Positions 1-10,300 of a stretch of 22,833 nt of DNA are shown here, piece after piece. Numbering within the stretch: position 1 is the first letter of the stretch; each line of letters starts with the position of its first letter. Source of the stretch: Catajapyx aquilonaris. Taxonomy: Eukaryota. Location of the stretch: the NCBI GenBank assembly GCA_000934665.2, contig JYFJ02001286.1:62001-84833 (forward strand). Direction: 5' to 3'. The notes beneath the pieces were generated by a model. The model did not search any database, was not told the DNA's origin, and saw only the letters and a list, made by a program, of their open reading frames with translations. Made by a program: the position numbers and the translations under genes.

Positions 1-48
1 CACAACTTCAGTGGCAGCAAGGGCCAATTCCACACATGTTGTCTATAC
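1..48 (+). CDS. robo: Possible 3' part of an upstream Robo coding exon (truncated by window edge)
   Basis: Strong donor GTGAGT at 49-54. The frame ending in phase 1 is open (QLQWQQGPIPHMLSI-R) and joins the acceptor at 1156-1157. No recognisable motif, so the assignment is positional only. Confidence 0.4.
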
Positions 49-344
49 GTGAGTGACTTTTAATTATAAGTTGACTTTTGACTAGTGAGTGATGCCTTTG
101 TAAGTGTTAGATGGTGCTGTTCTGAACAGATTGTAAGCCTCATTACTGTTGCAGCCTTGACTGTGTAGGTAGTAAGGCAGCCAATCCAATGTAAAAAATT
201 TCTTCTCCATCCCCTGCCTTCCATCACAGTCACTAGAATGAAGTGCGTTTTACTGACCACTGGTCACTCTTGGCATTATTTTTCATTTCTATGGCATTTA
301 ATTGACTTCATTCAGAACTTACTCATTGCTAATGACAAGGATTA

Positions 345-513
345 AGGTGCATTTACATGTGAGCGATTTGACGAGCGAAAGTAACCAGTATTGTTTGAGG
401 TGAAAGTAACAATTGATTTTCGCCTCAAACAATACTGGTTACTTGGGCTACTCAGTGATTTTACAGCTCGGCGAAGACTTCGCTCGTCAAATCGCTCACA
501 TGTAAACGCACCT
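345..513. mobile_element. PIF/Harbinger-type MITE
   Basis: ~35-bp TIRs (AGGTGCATTTACATGTGAGCGATTTGACGAGCGAA / TTCGCTCGTCAAATCGCTCACATGTAAACGCACCT, 1 mismatch). TTA duplicated at 342-344 and 514-516, the TWA-type TSD of Harbinger. Second inverted repeat inside (381-405 / 418-442). Confidence 0.8.
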
Positions 514-1157
514 TTATGATGGGCAGGCAGGTGACGGAGTGCAACACTCTTCAATATTCCTGTTACCATTTCCCACCTCCAGGGTCAAGGATAATAATTT
601 TCTACTGTGCTTTTTGTTATGATAATTAAGTGGCCATTCTATGTCACCACAATAAATTCTCATATAATGAAATCCAACTAACACACCAAAGTACTTTTTT
701 CAAACACTTAACCTAGCTGTGGGCATAGGACACACAAATTATGTGCACACAACCCTTTAATCAGAGCCACATCCAATAGTATAACTGCCTACCGGTATCC
801 TTAGGCCCTCAATGAGATGTATGGTCAACTTTGTTACCTCTAATCACCAGGAGTGCCATTGACAAATACCGCTAGGGATATTAGGTCCATGCCTGACATG
901 TGTTCTGAGACGAGTTGGCTAGAATAGGTTGTTGGAATTAATTGATTTGTAATGTATGACTAGTTGTGAGTGCATTTCACATGATTATAAAAACCAGTCA
1001 GAGGTTGCTTGAAGTACTGGCCTCCTTCTCACACAGTTGCGTGGGCCACATGGTGAATTCCAGCTATCCTACCAACTCATGACTCACTTCTCTGGTTTTT
1101 TCATTTAATTAGTGTGGCTTCAGTAAATTATTTATAGTTGATTCATTGCATCAACAG

Positions 1158-1405
1158 GTAAACCAATTGAACAGGACTCAGACATGGAGGGCATTCCAGA
1201 CTACAGTGATGTGGAGAGCTATGCACAAGTGAGGCTGCAAACCCCTGAATCCAGCATGGCTGGCGAGGCTGCCAGGTCATGGGAGGGCAGCTCATGCAGC
1301 GACAGCTCGTGCTCATGCTCTGATGGAGAGTCATCATTCTACGCAGAGGCTGATTTTGCCAAAGCTTTAACCCAAGCTGCCAAGAGCAGTGGGATGAAAG
1401 TTCAG
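1158..1405 (+). CDS. robo: Roundabout (Robo) receptor, cytoplasmic-tail exon
   Basis: CAG acceptor at 1155-1157 (alternative CAG at 1172-1174) and donor GTTAGT at 1406, phase 0. Peptide SDGESSFYAEADFAKALTQAAKSSGMKV resembles the Robo1/2 tail segment [26 protein letters not shown] (recalled). Confidence 0.85.
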
Positions 1406-1933
1406 GTTAGTAGGAAGAGCCGGAAGGGTTCAGAACTTCAGACAATTTTTAGAAGAAGATAGCCCTTTTTATGATGCTATTTATCTGGAACAAGAGTCGG
1501 CTCAGATCTGTGTCAGTAACAACCATGCACACTCTCTTTTCCCACCTCTACCACCTTATCTTCTAACCTTCTAATCTTATCAAAAATATTAACTGGTGTT
1601 AAGTTAAATGGAAGGAGTCATTCAGGACCTGAATTGTAATGAATTAATGAGCTCAAGAAAATGTGATTGATTCCTTTTGACCCATGGCATATCTGAAGTC
1701 AATAGTGACCTCTGTTGTTTTAAAAAAAAATAACAATCTCTACATTTCATCCAAAAGCACATGGTGTTGATCTAAAGTTAGAAAGTCACAAAGCCGATGT
1801 ACTGGTCGGCTGGGCTCTGAAGGTTAAGAAGCACTATGATCACAGCAACAGCCGAAGGTTATGGTTATGTGAGCAGTGTGGGCAGTTAATAAACTAAAGT
1901 TATTTTTGATAATGATAGGTTATTTTTCCTCTA

Positions 1934-2227
1934 CAGTGCGCAAAACGAAAGGACGATCTGACGTCATCGTTTTGTTTATCAACTCCTAGTCAATGGAGAT
2001 CTGCCAAACGCACCTCTGGACCAATCGTTGGCACATTGTTCTCTTTTGTTGACACTGTTTTGCAGTGTCAACAAAAAAGAACAACGTTTACTCTTATTGT
2101 TGTATGAGGGCATCTCCATGGAAACAGGAAAAGTGGAAGGTTCCAGGGGTGCGTTTGGCAGATTTCCGTTGACTAGGAGTCGGTAAACAAAATGATGATG
2201 TCAGATCTTCTTTCGTTTTCCATACTA
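1934..2227. mobile_element. Tc1/mariner-type MITE with long TIRs
   Basis: ~90-bp imperfect inverted arms (1934-~2022 / ~2139-2227), TA|CAGT start and TA at 2228-2229. Nested inner hairpin at 2036-2057 / 2063-2084. Confidence 0.75.
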
Positions 2228-2323
2228 TAGTTTAATGACTCCAATCTGCAGGTAGCAATTTATTGGATATCCTGTTTTTACTGACGCCAAGTTTCTGATC
2301 AGATATGTAAAATTTTTCTTCAG

Positions 2324-2528
2324 GGGTCGCTTGTGTGTCCACCCCCAGTCCGGAGGCATAAAAAGGCATACCACGTGAAAAGGCCTTCATCACCATACAG
2401 CACTGACTCTAACTACAGTGCCATACACCCAAAGCCACACTACTCAAAGGCGCACAGAAGGAAGCTGAAGAATGATGCTGTTTCCAAGTCTCTGGACAAG
2501 CCCAACAACAATCCAAGTGATGCAACAA
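2324..2528 (+). CDS. robo: Roundabout (Robo) receptor, penultimate coding exon
   Basis: Acceptor tttttcttcag at 2313-2323 in phase 0, matching the previous donor; donor GTAGGT at 2529, phase 1. Encodes RPSSPYSTDSNYSA, resembling Robo RPTSPVSTDSNMSA. Confidence 0.88.
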
Positions 2529-2923
2529 GTAGGTTCACATCTGAAGAATTCCTCATTAAGTAGCACTGTTGTGTGATCAAGGAATGCATAGGTGAACAAC
2601 AAATCAAACACCACCCTCCCCACACCTGCTCTTGCTCCACATATTTTCTGCATTATTATCAAGCTTTATGTGGGCAGCAGCAAATTGAAAACATATTACC
2701 AATAGTGTGAACTCCTCATGAAAGCTGCTGTTACTTTTTAAGTTGGACACAGGTTGCAGCAACCTTGTCAAAATCTAAGGCAAGTTACCAAATATATTGG
2801 ATTTGGAATCAACAATGAGACAATTGTTTTCTGAATAACCATTTCCAGGGATTAAATTAAAATCCAACCAGTGACGGAGCTTTCTCATAGCTCCAGTGTG
2901 TCACCATTAGGTAATGTGATTAA

Positions 2924-3392
2924 CCCTTAACTACGTAGGTGGGTGAAACACCTTTAACTACGTAGGTGGAGCCTGAGAGGCTCCAACGGTATATTTAAAT
3001 TTCTGCTTATCAACTAAATTCTTATATTGGACTTTTCACATACAGAAAGTGCAGTTCAGATCATTAGGCTTCCGAAAACGTGAAAATCACACGCTTAGTC
3101 AGCATATTCCGACAGGGAAAATTTTTAATTAAAAGGTTACATCATGCTTGAGCCGCTCAGGCTTCACCTACGAGATATAGAGCCTGAGCTGTTCCAGGAG
3201 GGACCTGTTCCTCGTTACGAATTTTTTAAACCAAAGAATAGGGACTAGATTTTTTTTTCTTTCCTTTCCATGCTTAGGAAGGTTTTTCTGACAAAGTCAC
3301 GGAAGGACAGGGGAAAATAAAATTCAATGAGAAAGTTACATGCATTTAAATAGTGCTTGGAGCCTCTCAGGCTCCACCTACGTAGTTAAGGG
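2924..3392. mobile_element. piggyBac-type non-autonomous element
   Basis: TTAA at 2920-2923 and 3393-3396 with CCC...GGG termini. TIR CCCTTAACTACGTAGGTGG, extended to GGAGCCTGAGAGGCTCCAA in a second left copy at 2951-2986, matches the reverse complement of 3357-3392. Confidence 0.85.
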
Positions 3393-4059
3393 TTAAGATT
3401 TTTTTGGGTGTAGAGAACTGCTGCCACTGTTTGCCATTTGAGGCCTGTTTTATGTAATTTGAGTCGACAGGTAGACTTAATTTACATATGCAATGGATGT
3501 GGCAACCAAATTATGTCAAACAACTGGGAAGGCTGTGAACCTTTAATTATATGAAATGTGCTAAGATTCGGCCATGAATTGCATAAACTGTCTCTCCCTT
3601 CAAGAGCACTGAGGTGTAATGATACATCATAATCTTGAAGTGACCCTTTGATACAATGGCCCCAGGTGAACAGAATTGTGTAGATTAGTTCAGTTACGTC
3701 TGATACTAGTCCACTCTAAATATTGCTATACCTAGGGTTTTCTTTCTCAACAAAATGAAAATTGCCGGTCCACTTCTGCATTAGACAGGTTCTGTTATAT
3801 CTCATAAAAATTCAAGGAAAATGCTACCGTGCTGCTATACTATAGACAAATTTCTGCTATAGGTAGGTTTCACTGTAAATGGCCATATTGGATTTTGAAC
3901 TACAGTAACACAGAAATAAATGTTCAGTGAATGTCAAATAAATGTCATTTCCATTGCCCTTTGAATGTTCACTGAATGTGTATGTGTCATTTTATAACAC
4001 CCAGGGAAATTTAATGTTAAACTTTAATGATATTCACCTACTAAGTAGCTATTACCAGA

Positions 4060-4410
4060 TTTTTTTTGTGTGATACCCCTTGCCACCCCTTATGGGGTAT
4101 TCTGGGGGGGACTAATTGCCCCAAGCGATATTGATGTAGTGCAATATTAACTGGTGCCTTGAACGAAGAGCCCGGGCCCATGGGCAGGGTAACTAGGAGG
4201 GGATATGCAAAGTGCAGTGCAAATGACTAATATGGGTACATTTTGTGAGCTCCCCTGGGTGGTTTATGTTTAGGATCACCACCCTAGACGTAGGCAGAGA
4301 CGACCCAACTCTGCACGAGATAAAGGGGGGAAAGCCCGGACTGGGGATCGAACCCAGGACCCTTATATCCGTGGGCGCATACATTACCGCAGAACCACTA
4401 TGTCTCCCTT
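4060..4410 (-). mobile_element. tRNA-derived SINE, full length
   Basis: Perfect 10-bp TSD TATTACCAGA (4050-4059, 4411-4420). Minus-strand A box TGGTTCTGCGG (4397-4387) and B box GGTTCGATCCC (4354-4344) in a perfect T-arm CTGGG-TTCGATC-CCCAG. A8 tail at 4067-4060. Confidence 0.88.
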
Positions 4411-4955
4411 TATTACCAGAATATAACTTGCTGCCTAACAAAATGTAGTCTGTTACAACACATGCAATCACAAGACACTTGACATAGACAAAGAATTGAT
4501 CATTAACACTGGTCTGTTAATGCTCAATTTTGACGCCTATTTAAAGCCCAATATATTTCCACCAGCACAATGAATGAAAATAAATTCGATTTTTATGCAA
4601 ATGCACAAAAATTATGCATAAAATCAAGAACAATAATTGTGGATTATTATGAACTACAATATTTTATGCTTTTCTGAAATTGTTTTATAATTGGCATAAT
4701 TGAAGATGGTGTACTGGATATTTCACATACGTAGATTTTTAAAATATTATTTTATGCATTAATTCAATGGAGGATATCTTACACTGTAGTATCATTAATA
4801 TAAAAAAAGGGCTCCAAGAGTGTAAAATTAGTTTGTCTGAATTTGCTACTGGCATGAATTTGACAGCCAATTAAAAGAAAGTAACAATGTATCTTCTTCC
4901 TAGGAAAAGAGTGATTCATATTGACAGATTGCTACAATATCCTCTTGTTTTTCAG

Positions 4956-5227
4956 CTCATCCTTCCTCAATGTACTCCAAGCCCAGCTACCCTGCCCCAT
5001 CCCAGACCTCCCTAGGGTCAGGAGGCAGCAGTGGATATGACCCCAGTTCATCAAGCCCTCGCAAGTTCAATGCGTTCAATGGCTCTATGATCAATGGGGT
5101 CACATCCTCCCAGAGTACTCTCTCTTCTGGTGGAGGCGTGGATGGAAAAGACAAGCCTGACAAGGTCGGGGAGGAGAGAATGGATGCAGGAGGCACCAAC
5201 CGTTCGCTCAATGAGGGAAACACCTGA
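4956..5227 (+). CDS. robo: Roundabout (Robo) receptor, last coding exon
   Basis: Acceptor cctcttgtttttcag ending 4955, completing the phase-1 codon (A|CT). Encodes MYSKPSYPAP...SSPRK, resembling the vertebrate Robo2 C-terminal PYSKPSFPSP...GPRK segment (recalled). Stop TGA at 5225-5227. Confidence 0.82.
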
Positions 5228-6089
5228 GACATGTTGCATTTGCCCCGCCTCTTCGCCCAATTTGTATCCACTTCCATGCAGCGCTTTCTGGACAATGCTT
5301 GAAAGTGCAACCCAAGTCATTCTGATCACAATGCAATATTAAGGGCAACCTGTGCGCCAAAACAGTTTTTTACATGTTCGACGGAAAAGACTGTAGTTGA
5401 GACCTCCCTTTTCCCTCACACCCCATTTTTTATGCCATGTGAATGTGAACTAGTGAAGTGTAAGTGTGAAAGTCAGAGAGAGAAGAAAAAAATACCGTAA
5501 GATGGGGATACTTTGAACCAGATTTTGCCTGTGCTGCATGTTAGGTCCAAAATTGCCAACACATTGCTGCAGAAAGCAATGAGACATTATAAACAATTCA
5601 CAAATATTTTGGAAATAACAAGTCTTTCTTTGATTTAATTTCCTCACGTTGACATGTAACATTTCAAACTTCAGGTCAAAGCTAAACATTTGGGAAGTAC
5701 AACTTTGCACCTAAGATGATATTGCTTAATGACCTGTTCATGCGAGAGCAAAGTTACCCACCACTGGACATACCTTGGGGGGAAAAGATAGCAATGGCAG
5801 TGGTCACAATTTTTCAGACACATGAAAAAATAGGCCAATTTTGAATGAGCTTTTACATACCACATATAGGTGGAAATAGTGAAGTCTGAAGTTGTATATT
5901 TGTGAACCATACCTGCCTCTATTTACACACTTACAAACCAGCAGGCCCCGAAGTTTAGGCTTGGATGTTATGTTCGATGGAAACTTTTTTCTCAATTTGG
6001 CACAAAGTTGAACCTGGTGAGTGAAGTATCCTCATTGTACGGTAAGTCAATGCTCTCTGAGTATACTGTATGTATGTCCTCCATATCAA

Positions 6090-6130
6090 TTTGTACATAA
6101 AACGTATGAATATTGTGTGTTTTGTACATA
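6090..6130 (+). promoter_or_regulatory. Tandem Pumilio response elements (UGUANAUA) in the 3'UTR
   Basis: TTTGTACATA at 6090-6099 and 6121-6130, both exact matches to the PUF consensus. Confidence 0.5.
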
Positions 6131-7303
6131 GGGAGCTAATAATGAAGGTTCTGATCCTGTGAAGATTGTTAGTGAAAGTGGCAGAACCAATGTGAATACT
6201 CGAATGAGATATACTGTAGTATAATGATCCACAATAGTCTATGCATGTTTTCTGTACAGAGTTTTTTTCTCTTACTTTTCACTTTTTTAGATGGTGTGCA
6301 GAGTCCAAAACTTGTCAATAACATTCAGTGGACAGGGAAGGAACTTATCATTTCCGTTCATTATGTTGCTTGTGATTCTCTACTGAATACACTTTTGTTC
6401 AAGTACTTTGAACGAATCTCAGGTTTTGTTCATGAGAGAACTGTAGATGAGGACGATTTTTCAACATGTGACAGCTACCAAAACTAGTGCATTTATTGCT
6501 CGTGAGCAAGTTGTGTTTGATGAAAAGCGGCCATAACAACACACAGGTGAATTTCAATCAATGCTCAATGTCCCAAATACGTGACCTCTTTACAAGTTGA
6601 AAGTGCTGCCTTTGCATTCTCAATAGCAATATTAATCCAAATTAATTGCTGGTTTTATTCCCTTCTTTCTTAACTTGCAGAGTGTATTTCACAATGTATA
6701 GGGTGGTGTACTGTACAAAAATGTTAGATGAAATGGTTTACTTGTCTTCAGTTCATCTAAGCAGCGCTGATACCAACTGGAATCAAAGCATGTACTAGGT
6801 GCTTGCAATGCAATTACATGATTTATCCCCTCTGCCCCACCCTCACACTGAACCCTTTATAAGTTTATATTTTTATATTTTGCTTGTACTGGTAACATGT
6901 TGAAAAACGAGGGTTTTTCTACTTGATTTTTTTTTTACTTAACTGTTGTGATACTAGACTTAAGAGAAGATGAAGTGATTTGTGTTCTGTGGACATGGGG
7001 ATACCACCGTAAAGCCACAGCTAGCCAGCAGCATCACTTTTGTATTGGTTCACCACTCCCTGGACTTTGGACTCTTTTTCAGAATAATTGACAAGTCACT
7101 TCCAATAGTTCAGTTTTTTTAATTTATACGGTTGCATTGTGGGCGACAAAGCAATTATACATAAAGTTGTGTAAACTAAACTGTGCTTTATTTCTACTGT
7201 TGGGACCCTGGTGGGGCATTATTTTGACAATGAACCATTTTTCTCTCCAGGACGTACGTAGCAAGAGACATGTCAAGAAGTCCAATATATAACTGGAAAG
7301 AGC

Positions 7304-7309
7304 AATAAA
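7304..7309 (+). terminator. Candidate polyadenylation signal
   Basis: AATAAA coinciding with the CpG-poor to CpG-rich transition. Confidence 0.5.
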
Positions 7310-10300
7310 AGTGGATGCACCGGCTCATTGATTCCATAAAAATTTGACGGCTTAGCCCAAGCCTGCAAGGCAGGATTGGGAAACGAAGCGTTTGATATCG
7401 AATTGCTGCGGCCTCTAACCGAAGGAGGAGGCCCGTGGCCCCATATTTCAGTGACAGTCGGTCCCGAGAAACCGATTTATAAGGATATAGGGGGACCCCA
7501 AAGGACTAAAGCAAACAGCTTTGGACCACCGAAACAGCTTCCACCAGCCAAACGGATGATCCTCAAGGCAAAGGGGGAAGGACTCAGGGCCTCTTCTCCC
7601 CTTCATCTCCTTCCTACACTCCTGCACTAACTGAACAATCCAACGACACTTTCCTCCCACTCAAAAACACTCAAACTCTCGATTCCCTCTAACACAAAAA
7701 CCTGCACTGTCATTCGCCCCTGCCACTTGTCTTGCCAAATCTTGATTGTTGCTTGGAAACCTGTGAACGCCATGGCATAGCGTAGGGTACCTTCCAGTTT
7801 CGCTTTTTTGGGTTGTTGACGTTCTCCACGATAGTATAAAATCAAATCCTTGCCTGCTCGGACATTGAATGGCCATTCTGGAGCCATAATGCTAACCCGC
7901 ATGAAACGAACGTAAAATATCGATCATCCATTGACTACATCACAAAACACACGTGGTGTTTAATCAAACGAGAAGTATTCCGAATGCCCAGCGTTCATTT
8001 AATTGCACTCCTATTACAGTCTGCAACACTGCAGGCTACCATTCAACAGACCATGCAGGACTACAACACTCAATGCCCGCCACTTAAATATACCCACAGG
8101 GTGCATTAAAACGATGTGCTGATTGAGTGAAAATAACTAGCGCTTCCATTCTGAAAATGGTAGAGCTTTGGTCACTAGGCCATGATCAGTAACCATGAAA
8201 ATAATCCAACGCAAAGTGCAGATTTACTGAACGTACAATCATGTGAAAAACCATGTTCTTGATCTGTATTCCGGTTTACGTACGGTAAACTAATTATTTT
8301 CCGCAAAAATTTCAGTAACAGAAAATAATTAGCTTTGCCCTCTGAAAACGTAATTATATTCTAGTTTAAAAATAACGATTACACTGCAGTTTGCTGAAGG
8401 GCCAATAATTATTACATAACAGCGCTTTTAGTTTTCATTGATTTTGACAGTCCCAAACTGTACTCGCTTTCCAGTACACCCCTCTCCATCAAATTGCGTA
8501 ACATTGGCCTTAACGAGCCCCTCTTCCCTCGTTAATTTGGAAACCTCTCATGTAGTTTCATCGCTTTGACTAATAATACTGGTGACAAAAGGGCGGCGGT
8601 TTTTATTTGCCAACAGGCAGAATATGCTCCCTGATATTACACTCGCGTTTACTATAGCAGGATAGAACAGAGCAGCCGAATTTTTGTCAAGCCGCCTAAC
8701 GCCTGTCATTTATGTAGACCCGCACAGCAGTAGAAGCTTTTGTGTTGCTATAGAGTCAGGATGAAAGCCTGACTTAGGACAGCCATTTACAAATCTACAT
8801 AGGGAGTAATGGAACATGGGGAAGAAAAATCGGGAGGGTCGGAGGGGCTGTCAATTTTAATAGGGAAATGGCTACGTGAAAGTGGGAAAAAATCCACGCA
8901 GATTCAGTGCCTGATTTCGGAGCTACTTGATAATTTATGTTCGCGTGACATACTCTACTGCACTCTAACGACCGGGGTAAAGTGACGGTTTGACGGCGTG
9001 TGCTGTAGAACACAAATATTTTTTAGAGTTGCAAGGAATAAAACTTTGCTTTGGAATTTTTGCATATCGTGTTGCTGGTACCAATTAGACACATTTTCAC
9101 TGCAATTACGCACATTATCCGGCTTACCATAATAAGTGAAAGCTTAGGTAATCAAACATTTGTTGGCTCTTGTTTATAGGATTCTATGAATCAACTAACT
9201 TATATGGACCGGAAAATAGGCTGAAACATCACACTATGAACCGGAGACTCATTAGGCCCATCTCATTTTAAGCCATTTGCAAAAAAATAACCGGAAGTTA
9301 ATCAAGTTTTGGTAAATACAACGCCATTCATTAGTTAATAAAGAGTCCGCTTATGACTGATGCCACGCACTAAAACCATTGATTTCTGTGCCGGAGACCT
9401 GTTTCATCTTTATTTTCATTCCTGGCATCAAGTGAGTAGTTATTAGCGAAATGGCCCTATAGTAATGACTACCAAAGGAGGAAGTTATTTTCGCAAGTAA
9501 ATTGTCACTAAGGACCCGTATGGATTTACTCGTCTCTCAGGAGAAGGGAAAGAGGGGATTTCCTTTGGTACATTTGCATCTTTGAGAAGTAATGAAGTCA
9601 ATCTATTCGTTGATGAAGTTTGTTTGACGACAACGAAAAATGATGGAAGGTAATTTTCGCCAAAGAACGTTACACCGCCCTAACAACGCTGCGCAATATT
9701 ATCTTCCATAAAAAAGAAAAGAGAATCGTAATAAGGTCAAATCAGACCGGGTTTGTATAACTTTGCTTGCCGACGACCAATAGGGAGTGTCGTTAATTGG
9801 CAACTTGAGTCTTATTAGTCGCCAAGCCGGCGCCAGAAATCTCGTATTGGGAAAAAGTATGACGGAGGTGGTGTGTTTTGGCTGGCGACAAACTTTTGCA
9901 TCACAATTTCCTGTGCCCGTGACTGTGCCATGTAAAGTGCCCTCAATTAAAGCCGGTACCACATCATCAGAATTCCCACAGTTTTTCATCCAGGGCAACT
10001 CTCGTCCCAATTAGTCAGACTGTTCCGTGGAGGTTTGGCCAGGAAAAGTTCTCCTATTTTCCAACAAGGTCTCATTTCTTTCATAACGATTCTCCACAAT
10101 TCTCACGGACTCAGAGGCCTCCCCAGCCTCTTGTTAGAAGAAAAAAAAATACTGGAAACTTTCTAAAGTACACCCACCCTGCACTGTTAACTACAAAAGG
10201 GCATTTTTTCCTGCGATGCGTTGAGTTTTCACAGAAGTTGTCTTATGACTCCAACTCTTGCCTTAGAAAAGAACGGGGAGAAAAAAAGAGAAAAGAGAGA

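Larger units (their letters stand above)
5228..7330 (+). other. Probable Robo 3'UTR (~2.1 kb; end approximate)
   Basis: U-rich, CpG-poor, non-coding sequence after the stop. It ends near AATAAA at 7304-7309, where CpG depletion stops. Confidence 0.55.

Noticed and set aside
2590..2640. Hidden proline-rich (CC3) exon in the last Robo intron
   Set aside because: The C-rich stretch gives no LPPPP motif in any frame and has no convincing phase-compatible donor.
4330..4408. Functional tRNA gene on the minus strand
   Set aside because: Only the T-arm pairs well; acceptor and anticodon stems do not. It is embedded in a TSD-flanked, A-tailed unit, so it is a SINE head.
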